A DNA stretch of 29,903 bases from Octopus sinensis (taxonomy: Eukaryota). Position 1 is the stretch's first letter. Each line of letters opens with the position of its first letter. The notes beneath the pieces are model-generated. The model saw nothing but the letters and a program-made list of their open reading frames with translations, searched no databases and was not told the DNA's origin. The stretch is from contig NW_021832877.1 in the NCBI RefSeq assembly GCF_006345805.1, forward strand, positions 1 through 29,903, in the 5' to 3' direction. The translations under genes and the position numbers were made by a program. Below, piece by piece: positions 11,375-23,143 of this stretch.

Positions 11375-11755
11375 GGCGTAGGAGTGGCTGTGTGGTAAGT
11401 AGCTTGCTTATCAACCAAATGGTTCCGAGTTCAGTCCCACTGCGTGGCACCTTGACTAAGTGTCTTCTACTATAGCCTCGGGCCGACCAAAGCCTTGTGA
11501 GTGGATTTGGTCGACGGAAACTGAAAGAATCCCGTCGTATATATGTATATATATATGTTTATATGTATGTGTGTGTATATGTTTGTGTGTCTGTGTTAGT
11601 CCCCCCAACATCGCTTGACAACCGATGCTGGTGTGTTTACGTCATCGTAACTTAGCGGTTCGGCAAAAGAGGGACCGATAGAATAAGTACTAGGCTTACA
11701 AAAAATAAGTCCTGGGGTCGATTTACTCGACGAAAGGCAGTGCTCAAGCATGGCC
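11375..11755 (+). mobile_element. SINE family B, 3'-truncated at ...agcatggcc
   Basis: Starts ggcgtaggagtggctgtgtggtaagtag and is colinear with the 12088 copy until 11755. Confidence 0.93.
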
Positions 11756-12087
11756 ATATTCAACCTCGGCTTGATTCATAATTTCCATTCCGCGACTCCT
11801 ATCTGACAATGTTCCAGTATATACTCGCCCCAAGCTCTTGACGGCTTCTTCTTTGATTGTTGAAATGTTTTCTTCAGCTATTCGAAATTTTAATTCTTTC
11901 TGCACTTCCTTAACAAATGTCAGACTACGCGACGTTTTTGGCTCTAAACCGCATCCTTCATCACCACACAAGCTCGTCTAGTCTCAAGAGGGCACTCTGC
12001 ATGATTTGCTTACCTGTAGATAAAAGTGTCACGTCATCCATAAAGGCTTTCTTAGGCAATCGTACATGGGTGATTTGTTCCGAAAAA
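11756..12087 (-). pseudogene. Decayed reverse-transcriptase fragment of an R2-superfamily non-LTR element, HERO-like
   Basis: Minus frame: LPKKAFMDDVTLL...ALLRLDELVW**RMRFRAK, then after a frameshift SRSLTFVK...FRIAEENISTIKEEAVKSLGRVYTGTLSD. The AFMDD catalytic motif and K.SRSL / VKSLG motifs fit HERO-type RTs. Contains two stops and a frameshift. Confidence 0.8.
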
Positions 12088-12233
12088 TGTGGTAAGTAGC
12101 TTGCTAACCAGCCACATGGTTCCGGGTTCAGTCCCACTGCGTGGCATCTTGGGCAAGTGTCTTCTGCTATAGCCCCGGGCCGACCAATGCCTTGTGAGAG
12201 GATTTGGTAGACGGAAACTGAAAGAAGCCTGTC

Positions 12234-12289
<56 letters not shown>

Positions 12290-12510
12290 ATGTTTGTGTG
12301 TCTGTGTTTGTCCCTGTTAGCATTGCTTGACAACCGATGCTGGTGTGTTTATGTCCCCGTCACTTAGCGGTTCGGCAAAAGAGACCGATAGAGTAAGTAC
12401 TGAGCTTACAAAGAATAAGTCCCGGGGTCGATTTGCTCGACTAAAGGCGGTGCTCCAGCATGGCCGCAGTCAAATGACTGAAACAAGTAAAAGAGTAAAG
12501 AGTAAAAGAG
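12088..12510 (+). mobile_element. SINE family B, slightly 5'-truncated, with complete (GAGTAAAA)-like tail
   Basis: Begins tgtggtaagtagcttgc, has internal (TA)n(TG)n, and ends gactgaaacaagtaaaagagtaaagagtaaaagag. Confidence 0.93.
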
Positions 12511-12698
12511 AGAGGGCCTTCAAAATCATCTCCATGACTAAGATAAACCACGTGACAGATATTGTACAGTCAGCAGCAATGCTAATCTCCAATCCCCCCC
12601 CCCCCACAAAAAACGCTGAATTACATTTAAATATACATAGATATAAACACACACACACATACGAATGTATGTACCTAGGTATATTTATGGATGTGTGC

Positions 12699-13059
12699 AG
12701 AAGCACAATGGCCCAGCTGACTCGCGGTCGTAAGATCGCAGTTTCGATTCCCAGACTGGGCGTTGTGAATGTTTTTTGAGCGAGAGGCACTTGCAGGAGG
12801 ATGGTAGCGAACCCTGCTGTACTCTTTCACGACAATTTTCTCTCACACATTCTTCCTGTTTCTATTGTACCTGTATTTCAAAGGGGCCAGCCTTATCCCA
12901 CTCTGTGTCACGCTGAATCTCCCCGAGAACTACGTCAAGGGTACACGTGTCTGTAGAGTGCTCAACCCCTTGCAGGTTAATCGTTAATTTCAAGAGCAGG
13001 CTGTTACGTCGAGCGAAACAGCTGCAACTCTGGTCGTCGTAACCGACGGAGTACCACGA
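12699..13059 (+). mobile_element. SINE family C, long-tail form
   Basis: Head (aatggcccag..gactcgcggtcgtaagatcgcagtttcgattcccagactgggcgttg...ccctgctgtactctttcac) is shared with 7957-8250; the 3' half is unrelated and ends gtcgtaaccgacggagtaccac. Confidence 0.8.
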
Positions 13060-13339
13060 ATATATATCTGTGTTTTGTCTATATGCTAAGTAATGTCTGA
13101 GAAACAGCAAATAGGTAGGACGTATAGCTCTAGGCGTTGCAAGTTAAATTGAATTTCAAATAATAGATTGTAACACTGCCACCAAAGATTCTTCTGGTCA
13201 TTTGACGAAATGATGGCTCTCAAGTCTAAATGAAAAAGATGCTAAAAAATAAAATCATTTGTTTCGTATAAGATATCATTCTCCCTCAGGACATTCACCT
13301 CCCTACACACACAAGCACAGCTGTATAAGTGTGAGAATA

Positions 13340-13421
13340 AATGTGTGTGTATCTCGCTCTCTTGCTTTCTCTCTCTCTCTGTATATATGCATATATATAC
13401 ATATACATAACACTTATATAC

Positions 13422-13455
<34 letters not shown>

Positions 13456-13478
13456 GTCTATGTGTATACGGAGATCTA

Positions 13479-13513
<35 letters not shown>

Positions 13514-13550
13514 ATCTATCTATCTATCTATCTATGTATCTATCTATCTA

Positions 13551-13590
<40 letters not shown>

Positions 13591-13775
13591 TCCATCTACA
13601 TCACACACAAAAGTACGCGTGTATATATGTATGTGTACACGTATGTATGTGTGTTTGTATGTGTGTATGAACGTATGTTTCTATGCATGTATGTATGTAT
13701 GTATGTATGTGTGTATATGCATGTATGTGTATATGTATGTGTGTATGTATGTGTGTATGTATGTGTGTATGTAGG
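13340..13775. repeat. Compound (TC)n/(TA)n/(TATC)n/(TATG)n microsatellite
   Basis: Direct reading. Confidence 0.93.
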
Positions 13776-14011
13776 TTGTATGTGCATTGCCACATAATCC
13801 AACTCAATTAGTTCAGCGATTTGAAAGCAAGCACCACGACACAGTGGAGTGCACTGTTGAATGTATTAGATCTGAAGCAAGGTCATCTCTGTAGCGATGT
13901 GTGAAGGAATCCAAGCATATTATAGCTAATTATATTAGAGAACCGCCGAGGAATTGACAGCCGAAAGCACAAACAAAAAAAGAAAGAACTTTAAAAAGTA
14001 TATTTTTGTTA

Positions 14012-14043
14012 GAGAAATTTGGTGAGAAATTTGGTGAGAAATT
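14012..14043. repeat. 12-bp tandem repeat gagaaatttggt, about 2.7 copies
   Basis: Copies at 14012, 14024 and a partial at 14036. Confidence 0.85.
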
Positions 14044-14099
14044 CTATTTTTGTAAACTAGTTGATGACAGCTAATGTAGGTCATAGCAGATGTTTAAAG

Positions 14100-14461
14100 A
14101 CCAGAAAAGTAGAATCCACCAAATGAAGTTCTCATTCAGATATGGCGTCCAGATTTTTATTTCCCCACTTCGTCTTTTCGAGCTTTAGAATTGGTTTTAT
14201 GTTAGGAAGAAGGTGAGATATGTCAGAAAAGGGATCAAATCGATTAAGCCGACTGTAAATCAAACCTTTAATTCCAAGATTTATTTGTTTATAACAACTG
14301 AATAAATTTAATAAAAGCATCTAAATATGAAACACCATGAAAATTGTTCAAACTGAAGTCCTTCTTCAGCGATATATTTTTCCATTCGAGTCAATACAGA
14401 ATTACAGATAGTATTTATGGAATTATGATTTACCGTCGGATGACTTTTGGCCGTCCTTGTA
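14100..14461 (-). mobile_element. Possible 5' end fragment of a second Tc1/mariner-type element
   Basis: Minus strand begins TA-CAAGGACGGCCAAAAGTC, which looks like a Tc1/mariner terminus, and later reads TKWGNKNLDAISE, resembling a maT-type transposase start. Resemblance from memory only. Confidence 0.3.
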
Positions 14462-15277
14462 TACAGAGTGTGCGCCACTTTATATTTTTAATTTCGCGCA
14501 TAAGCGTTGTTTGATTTTGATTTTGTTGACTACACAGTTTAGTAGGGTCTGTTGGGCACCACCGTGTGTCAGAAAAACAGCACTAGCACACAAGTTACTC
14601 TGCCACAATTTGGAAAGGACATGTTGTACAGCTTGACATTTGCGCCGTAACCTCCAATACGAACATTTCAGAGTATTTGGGTGTCAATCTGAGGACATTG
14701 CAATCTGAGGGCATGTACCGCGAGTGATAAAAATCAAACATCCAGACAACATCATGGTGCTCTGTGTGATCAATAGTAATGGTGACGTTATGCCTCCATT
14801 CATCTTCCTACAGGACCTCAAACTCAACACAGAGGCCTACATCAAGTGTCTCAAGTAGGTCAAGAGAGAGGCTGCAGGAAGACCCTATGACGGAGAATTC
14901 ACTCATGGCCGTCAGGCAATTTCTGCGACCACATGACCCTTAACATCTGGCCACCTAACACCCCAGACTACAACCCCCTAGATTATTGTGCGTAGAGCGC
15001 AGTTGAGCGAGAGACCAACAACATTTCTTGTAACACCAAAGATGAACTGAAGGCAAGGATTATGGCAGCATTCACCAGCTTAAACAAGGAAACCATCCAG
15101 AAGAGTTGCAGAAGATTCCGAAGTCGTCTAGAGGCTGTGGTTGAAGCCAATGCTGGTTTTATTGAATAAATTTACTCTTTAGTATTTCAAGATATTTTGA
15201 TGTTATTTTGGTAAAGGTATCTGCTAAAATGAGATGTCAGCATTATTTTCATTTTGCGTAATTTAGACGACACTTTA
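14462..15277 (+). mobile_element. Internally deleted Tc1/mariner element, maT/DD37D-like transposase pseudogene
   Basis: Reads KIKHPDNIMVLCVINSNGDVMPPFIF...NTEAYIKCL* and NFCDHMTLNIWPPNTPDYNPLDYCA*SAVERETN...RRFRSRLEAVVEANAGFIE* (stop 15167-15169). The WPPxSPDxNPLDY-type motif carries the third catalytic D. Both ends lie at TA; TIR match is weak. Confidence 0.88.
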
Positions 15278-15514
15278 AGTGTGTATGTGTGTCTGTATTT
15301 TAGTAATGTCTAACAAACAGCATATGATTAAGAAGTATAGCCAAAGATTTTTTGTTTCTTTTTAAACAACATCGCTTGTTTTCCATATAATAATCTCAAA
15401 TGAATGTTGTACAAGGAAAATTCAGCGACCTATACAGTGTTATTACAGAAACCGCAGGGCATTTTATCAAATGCTTAAATAACTATCAACTTACCACTCT
15501 GGAAGGACATTCAA

Positions 15515-15702
15515 CATATCGTTCCCCGATGGGTAAAAAGCAAAGTCGACTTCAGTGCAATTTGAACTAATAATGTAAAAATCTGAATCAAATATCGCAA
15601 GGCATTTTAAATAACTGCACCCATTCACCGGTCTGGAATGATTTTTAATTAATTTATCGATCCCTGAAGGATAAAAGACAAACTTGATTTCAATAAGATT
15701 TT
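15515..15702 (-). mobile_element. Two highly diverged SINE family A remnants
   Basis: caaagtcgacttcagtgcaatttgaact and aatttatcgatccctgaaggataaaagacaaa resemble the reverse complement of the family A core. Confidence 0.5.
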
Positions 15703-16210
15703 AGCAAATTTAGGAGGGGCTTTTTTCGTTCTTCTACTAAAAGTAAACAACATTTTGTATGAGTTTTATACCATGGAACTTATTAATACCATTTTTGATC
15801 ATGACATAGAGCTTCTTTCACCACTTAAAAATAAACAATATTTCCATGATTCTCTATTGAACGCACCACGAACACAAGTTCTACACACTCGTTTTTTTCT
15901 TTGTTCTACTCATTTCTTCAGTAAAATCCAAATCTCTGAAGAATTCCGCGTTATATCTTTTATGCCATACATCAATCTTTCATCTCTTGTTTCTTCTGTC
16001 GTCCATATGTCTGTCCCGATTTACCAAAAAAAAAAAAAAACCAAACTCGTGAATCGTTCATTCCAAAATATTTTAATCTATACTTTTTCTTTTGGTTCTT
16101 TTTTAAATAATAATTCTAAGAACTTTGTTCTATGATCTGCTAAAAATTGTAGCAAACTTTTCCTTCAACCACATCGTGCCGCCTAACGAAACGAAGAAGA
16201 TATTTCAGAT

Positions 16211-16570
16211 ATGGCTGTATGGCAAGAAGATTGCTTCCCAACCACAGAGATCCGGGTTCAGTTCCACTCTGTGGCACCTTGGACAAGTGTCTTCTATGAT
16301 AGACTCGGTTCAACCAAAGCGTTTCGAGTTTCGTGGATGGAAACTCTGTATCTGTGTGTGCGTGTGTGTGTGTATGTGACTGTGTATGTGTGGGTGTGTG
16401 CGTGTGTGTCTGTGTGTGTGCGTGTGTGTCTGTGTGTGTGCGTGTGTGTATGTGTGCGTGTGTGGGTGTGGGTGCGTGCGTGTGTGAAACATGGAGAGAA
16501 AGTGTGAGAGGGTGAGTGTGAAAGAATAAGTGAAACTTGGGAGGAAGAGTGCTAGAGATACGCTAAATTT

Positions 16571-16609
<39 letters not shown>

Positions 16610-16792
16610 TCCCCCAAAGCCGCCTTACAACTACTGTTGGTGTCTTTTTTAACTCCACGTAATATTAGCGGTTCGGCATGACAGACCAATAGATTAAATA
16701 TCAGATAAAAATTAGATAAATTGTTCGACTAAAGATTCTTCAAGGCAATGCCTCAACATGAACACACTCTAATAAGGGAAGGAAGTAAAATA
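16211..16792 (+). mobile_element. Diverged SINE family B with expanded internal (TG)n
   Basis: Head tggctgtatggcaagaag...gggttcagttccactctgtggcaccttggacaagtgtcttc; 3' part gtttgtcccccaaagccgcc...tagcggttcggca...ttgttcgactaaag...caaggcaatgcctcaacatg. Confidence 0.78.
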
Positions 16793-17439
16793 ATTTTTTT
16801 GAAATATAGTATGCAATACACGTTGCATTGAAAAAAAACTGGACAAACATATTCGGACCTGACGTGAGGTTTACTAAATAGCTTTGTGCTTTTTCGTAGG
16901 AAACGTACGGGTAACACATCAGATTGTCTTGGACAAACGTGCTCAGAATTACTTGTTAGCTATTGCTTGAATGGCCAGATAAGAAAAGAAGGTGGCATTA
17001 AATAGTTAGAATTGCATTTGAAACCGCGGCGAAGTATTATTTCGTTAAGATAACAGCACGGCTCTAAATCTGTCAGTTTATTCTATGGTGACATAAAACG
17101 CTACGAACTGCTTTTTGTGCTGAACTTGCATCAAATGTCTTCCATATTAGCGTGTTTTATTTTTGTGTTAGCTTTTCACAGAACTTTCACTTATTCAGTG
17201 TTGAGTCTTAGTATTATTAAATCGTTTGAACAGACGCATGCGCACTCACACGGACACACACAAATACATATACATACCTGAAAAATACAAAACGTTCGCC
17301 AACGTATATTTACGTATAGATATGCATAAATGCAACTTGTGTAAACAAATCGCTTTGCGTAATCTTTATATCAAACTATCTATATATAATGCATGGTGGG
17401 AAAGGTGTGTGAGGGTAAGTGTGCGTGTCTGTTTTGCAC

Positions 17440-17850
17440 AAACACACAGACATATATATATATATATATAACTATATACATATATATATGTATATGTATA
17501 TGTACATATATGTATTTATCTATCTATCTATATATATATATATGTATATAATTATATATATGCATGTAAGTATGAATATATGCATATATACATATATATT
17601 TATTTATATGCATGCGTATATATATATATGTGTGTATATGTGTGCATGTATATATACATGCATATATTTCTGTGTATATATGCATAAATGTACACACACA
17701 CACACACATATATATATATGTGTGTGTGTGTGTGTATGTATATGTGTATGTATTTATCCATGTATGCCCGTATATATACATACATATATCTGTAGATATC
17801 TATGTACATATATTTATATATATATGTGTGTGTTTGTGTGTGTGTATATG

Positions 17851-17884
<34 letters not shown>

Positions 17885-17945
17885 TGTATGTATTTATGTA
17901 TGTATGTATGTATGTATGTATGTATGTATGAGGTATATATATATA
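17440..17945. repeat. Compound (TA)n/(CA)n/(TG)n/(TATG)n microsatellite
   Basis: Direct reading. Confidence 0.93.
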
Positions 17946-18016
17946 AGCTATGCATTTGCTGACAAAGATATTGTGAAGAGCATTATCTTCTTTTTCTGTT
18001 GCTATACAATTTTTAG

Positions 18017-18051
18017 TGAAGTTTGAAGATAAAGAACAAGCAGATACACAG
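18017..18051 (+). other. Best single candidate spliceosomal exon (35 nt; xKFEDKEQADTQ), gene unidentified
   Basis: Polypyrimidine acceptor tcttctttttctgttgctatacaatttttAG, donor CAG|GTAAGA, purine-rich body, and only one open frame. No transcript evidence. Confidence 0.4.
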
Positions 18052-18141
18052 GTAAGATATAGAAAAAAAATGATGCGTAATCAACTTTAGCCTACCTAAG
18101 TTCATGACAGTAGTCTAATATGTCTCTGTTATAACAAAAAA

Positions 18142-18176
<35 letters not shown>

Positions 18177-18850
18177 ACGAAAGAAGACGTGGTGAGAAAT
18201 AAAAGTGTGTTTTCTAATATAGTTATTTATTTTATATTTTGGGTTTCTCTATGTGATTTTTTATATTGTTATAAGAAAAGTCATCACCAATAACATCAAC
18301 AATAATCTTTACAAATAACAAACCAAGACGAAATGCTGAATTCTGTTCATGTAGGTGTATGCAACCTAATTACTCGCGCATTTATTTGCATGTAGGATCT
18401 CTAAACATGTGTGCGTTTGTAGACGTCTGAGTTGTAAGCTTTTGTCGTATGTTTATGCGCATGTTTGTGACTGAATATGTATCTACTTGAATGTATATGT
18501 ATATATGCGTGTATATATATATCGTGTCATTTCGTCTGTGTACGTAAATGTGGCTGTGAATGTGCGCATTTGTATATGTGTGTATGTATGTCTCTGTCAA
18601 CAAATATGTTTGTGGAGTCTGTTTGTGTATATATGTGTATATGTGCATATGCATACGTGAGCCGGTCTGTATATATGAGCAGAGCAAATTTTTACTATGT
18701 CTGTATGAGTCAATCTGCGTCAATATATTTATATATGTGTATGTATATGTGAGTGTATCTGACTGTTGTGTATATGTGCGTTTGCGCGTGCATATGTGCA
18801 TATACATTTATATACAAAGATAAACTTATATTCATATATATATATATAAA

Positions 18851-19046
18851 TTCCTTTCTACTCTAGGCATTGGGTAAGGGGCCAGTCTATCAGCCTGACT
18901 CCTGTACACAACTGGTACTTAATGTATCGACCCCGAAGGATGAAAGGCAAAGACGTCTCGGCGGAATTTGAACTCAGAACATAGAGACAGACGAAATACT
19001 GCTAAGCATTTTGCTAGCGTGCTAGCGTTTCTGCCAGCCCACCGCC
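18851..19046 (-). mobile_element. SINE family A, tail type 2
   Basis: Head and core match family A. The 3' end tgcctagagtagaaaggaa matches the 25447 copy (ctgccttcagtagaaaggatt). Confidence 0.85.
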
Positions 19047-19049
19047 TTA

Positions 19050-19059
19050 TTTATATATA

Positions 19060-19102
<43 letters not shown>

Positions 19103-19395
19103 ATATACATATATATAATACATATATAATACATATATATATATACATATATATATATATCATATATATATACATATATATATATACATATATATATACA
19201 TATATATAATATATATATACATATATAATAATAAATATTAGGGATAAATCCAAATTTACAGGGAAAAAAATCAGATTAGGATTAAAATTTATGTATTGAT
19301 TAGTCTTTCCTTGTTTGTTTTGCAAAATAGGGTTGTGTCTCGATAATATTTTATATATCTTATATATATACATATATATATACATATATATATAC

Positions 19396-19428
<33 letters not shown>

Positions 19429-19560
19429 CATATATATATACATATATATATATCTACATATATATATATATATACATATATATATACATATATATATGAT
19501 ACATATATATATACATATATATATATTATATATAGTAATATATATATATATAATATACAT
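19050..19560. repeat. (TA)n/(TACA)n microsatellite hosting the 19228-19355 element
   Basis: Direct reading. Confidence 0.93.
19228..19355. mobile_element. Internally deleted copy of the 5509-5860 element
   Basis: The 5' part ataataaatattagggataaatccaaatttacagggaaaaaaatcagattaggattaaa is joined directly to the right arm atttatgtattgattagtctttccttgtttg...gtctcgataatat. Confidence 0.75.
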
Positions 19561-20569
19561 ACACATAAGTGTACGTGTATTCGTGTATGCATTTGTTCTG
19601 TATACTTTACTGCGTGTTCATACCTGCATCCATACACATGAGTATATATGTTTGTTCGACGTATATTTGCGTCTCCATCTGTCTACATTAGCGTTTATAT
19701 GTCAATATATATATATATATATATTACGAGTATGTTTCTATATATTATGTTCATTGTTGTGTAGACTTTATATCAGTATATTCTTAAGTTCTCATGTGTA
19801 TGTATGTATATTATTATGCGAGAACATCTCTATTTATACGTCTATATACATGTGTATGAGCATTTAATTTTGTGCTCATGCGTATTTACATATTTGAGAG
19901 AATCCTACGCTAATTTTGCTTCGGTTACAAGGTGAGGCAGAGCAGAGCGAAGAAGCAGACCCAAACTACATCTCGCTTAATAATTCTTCATTCGGTGTAA
20001 ATATTTCATAAACGTACCTTACTACCTCTAAATTCTAATCAGTCCCTACAGCTTATCCGGGCTTTTTGTACGATATCACACTAGAAGTTTAGCTGCATCA
20101 ACAAATTTCATGCCAATGAGGAATTTTCTTTCTGCTTCTGATGCAGCAAGTTCCTTTCTGTTCGAATGGATCGGAGCTTATAGTTGCACGAATAAATTGG
20201 ATTTCTTCCCGATACATAAAATTTATGCCCCTTCCGTTCGCTTAAACGTTGCTATATAGTCAGGAGCTAACATTGATGTTTGTTGACTGCACCACAGCGT
20301 GTATAAATCGTTGTTTGCAACTGGAAAACAATAAAGAAATGATTTACTTTTATAGTTTTGTTTCATTGCGTTTCAATGGTAAATTCCTTCCCTTCGGAAT
20401 GTATCTGCTGTCAGAAGGCATATTGCAATGGCGGCAGAAACTGACGCAACCAAGCGAGATAGGAAAATTCAACGAAAGGCTCCATGTTCTGCTCTCCATT
20501 ACACGATAGCTCCAGCAGCGAGTTGAACGATAAAGATACACTTGCAGAGATATCTTATGGAAGTGCAAC

Positions 20570-20758
20570 GCACACACACACACACACCAAACGCACACAC
20601 ACACACACGCACACACACACACACACACGCACGTAAGGACACACATACACACACACGCATGCACAAACACAAACTCATATATATATATATGTATGTATGT
20701 ATGTGTATATATATATATGTGTGTGTGTGTATTTATATATACATATATATATTATGTA

Positions 20759-20806
<48 letters not shown>

Positions 20807-21078
20807 CATACATATATAATATGCATATATGTATATATATACATACACACACACACATACTATGCATACAATCAACACACAAACACATATACACGTTTAT
20901 ATAAGTATATATATATATAAGTGTATATATACGTAGTATATATATATATATATTATATATATAATATATATTATATATATATATATATATTACATGTATA
21001 TATAAGTTAGAGATAAAACCACTATTAGGCAAATATATTATATATATATGGTGTTTGCGTGTATGTTTTATATAATAT

Positions 21079-21112
<34 letters not shown>

Positions 21113-21115
21113 CGT
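20570..21115. repeat. Compound (CA)n/(TA)n microsatellite with a short remnant of the 5509 element at about 21004-21030
   Basis: Direct reading. ttagagataaaaccactatt resembles ttcgagacaaaaccactatt at 5600. Confidence 0.88.
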
Positions 21116-21431
21116 GCCTGTAGATGTGTACGTGCATATAATTATCGGTCGACGTGACAATTAGGATTAAACATATATATTTTCTGATACTGCAGATTTT
21201 CTTATAAAATAATACACAAAACAGAATGGTAAATCTGTCTCAACAAGATCTCTCAAGCAAATCTCAGAAGAAAACGGGAAAAAAAAAAACGAAACAAAAT
21301 TCCTCTCGCTTTAGACAAATGCATCCACTCAACAAAATCCTTCGTTTTATAGGGAAGTTTCTGAAATAAATTACCAGGAAAACGATAGCAGCCAAAGTGT
21401 TCGGCAAATCACGCCATATCGTCTATCTTCT

Positions 21432-21530
21432 TTTTGCGTTTTACTTGTTCCACTCATCGGACTGCTGCAGTGCTTGTGCATAGCTTTCAAAGAATATAGT
21501 GCCAAAATAATCGACCCTGGTTCTTATGTA
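21432..21530 (-). mobile_element. Diverged SINE family B tail fragment
   Basis: Reverse complement agggtcgattattt...agcactgcagcagtccgatgagtggaacaagtaaaacgcaaaaaga resembles the family B 3' end. Confidence 0.55.
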
Positions 21531-21756
21531 TTTTGTTTGTTTGTTTTTTTGTTTTTGTTTTTTGTGGGGTGGTGATGTGACTGGGACCTGTTCTTTAGGT
21601 CACTATCGCAGGACTCTTTTGATCTGAAGAGGTAAAGGAACCAACTGTGATTGACAGTGATTGACAAACACATACACAACGGCATACCCAGCTAAACACA
21701 CACAAACCCACACACACACACACATACATATACACGCACACATGCACACACACACA

Positions 21757-21828
<72 letters not shown>

Positions 21829-21845
21829 ATATATATATATATATG

Positions 21846-21890
21846 GTACCCCGGTATGGCTGCAGTCTAATGACTGAAAGACGTAAAACG
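21846..21890 (+). mobile_element. Short SINE family B tail fragment
   Basis: gtaccccggtatggctgcagtctaatgactgaaagacgtaaaa versus the 12088 copy's ctccagcatggccgcagtcaaatgactgaaacaagtaaaa. Confidence 0.55.
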
Positions 21891-21944
21891 TAATATATAT
21901 ATGTGTATAAATATATATATGTGTGTGTGTGTATTTCACCAGTA

Positions 21945-22101
21945 CTGTGTGGTAAGAAGCTTACCACACTACCCAACCCGGTTTAGCCGAGTTCAGTTCA
22001 ACTGCGTCTGACCTTGAGCAAGTGTCTTCTAGTGTAGCCTCGAGCCGACCAAATCCTTGTGAGTGGATTTGGTAGACGGAAACTGAAAGAAGGCTGTCGT
22101 A
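21945..22101 (+). mobile_element. SINE family B 5' half, running into a (TATG)n tract
   Basis: ctgtgtggtaagaagctt...gagttcagtt...ccttgagcaagtgtcttc...gtggatttggtagacggaaactgaaagaaggctgtcgta. Confidence 0.85.
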
Positions 22102-22128
22102 ATATATATATACATGTATGTATGTATG

Positions 22129-22162
<34 letters not shown>

Positions 22163-22205
22163 TGCATGTATGTGTGTATGTATGTATGTATGTATGTGTA
22201 TGTAT

Positions 22206-23081
22206 CTATGCATATGTTTTGATTTATGTATGTAATTGTCATGTATATAGAAGCATATCTAGACATGACCATATATATTGAAATGATAACCTTTCTGGAA
22301 AGTTTTATAGATTTTTACAGTTCCAGCGATGCATTAGATCTGCAGTCTTCAAATTAGCTTTCTTCTTTCTGTATTTCACTACAGAGTGTCTCATCGGTAG
22401 ATAATACCCTGATGACATTTTCGGACGTCTGCTTATGATGTGGGTGATATCTTTAGTGTTAACTCCACAAAGTCTGCATCCGATGTCAAATTTTACCGCT
22501 TTTCCTGCATCTCTCCGCCCTTGTTGTGCATCAGGTACTTGGTTGATATTTCCTATTCCTGGATTGCAAAAACATACCCTTGAAAGTGGGAGGTAGTAAT
22601 CCGGCTATTGGTCCATGATAAACTGCTTTGAAGATCAACGTTACTATCATCTCTGTGCTTTCTACTAACATGTATAGTCTTCTGTTCATACGGGCTCATC
22701 CTTTCATCTGATGATACGTTGCAGTAGAGTCGTCCGACTTCTTTGGGCATGTATTCTAGGTTATCAAGCAAAAAATGTTGCTCAAGGAGCTGCCTTCCAT
22801 GTTTAATGATGTTATCAGCCTCATGTGTGCAAACGTGGTCAAGGGATACACTTCGACGCTTGGTGGTTAAAAGATGTTGTCGAAAGGATATGATACGACA
22901 TTCAGATTTGGATCGATGTTAAGCCTATGCTGCCTTCTTTTCGTTGAAGTTAGTGGCGGTCTACGTCACTCTTTATGTGGAAATTATGTGTGTCTGTTAG
23001 TCTTTTTCGTGTTTTTACATCAATGGCTCGGATCTCATCAAACGTCCAATCGAGTAGCCAAAATGTTGGTATGAGTCAATG
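22206..23081 (-). mobile_element. 5'-truncated, internally deleted R4/Dong-like LINE with (ACAT)n tail (22113-22205)
   Basis: Frame-broken minus-strand reading: TPTFWLLDWTFDEIRAIDVKTRKRLTDTHNFHIKSDVDR...TSHFQGYVFAIQE..EISTKYL...CRLCGVNTKDITHIISRRPKMSSGYYLPMRHSVV (degenerate CCHC knuckle), then a terminus resembling GTVKI.KTF. The restriction-like endonuclease region appears deleted near 22375. Confidence 0.85.
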
Positions 23082-23085
23082 TATG

Positions 23086-23119
<34 letters not shown>

Positions 23120-23143
23120 TGTACGTATGTTTGTATGTATGTA

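Noticed and set aside
1780-22272. Recurring peptide LLSVSVYQIHSQGFGRLEA..EDTCPRCHAVGLNP in ORFs at 1780, 11961 and 21961, looking like a gene family
   Set aside because: It is the antisense reading of the SINE family B 5' half.
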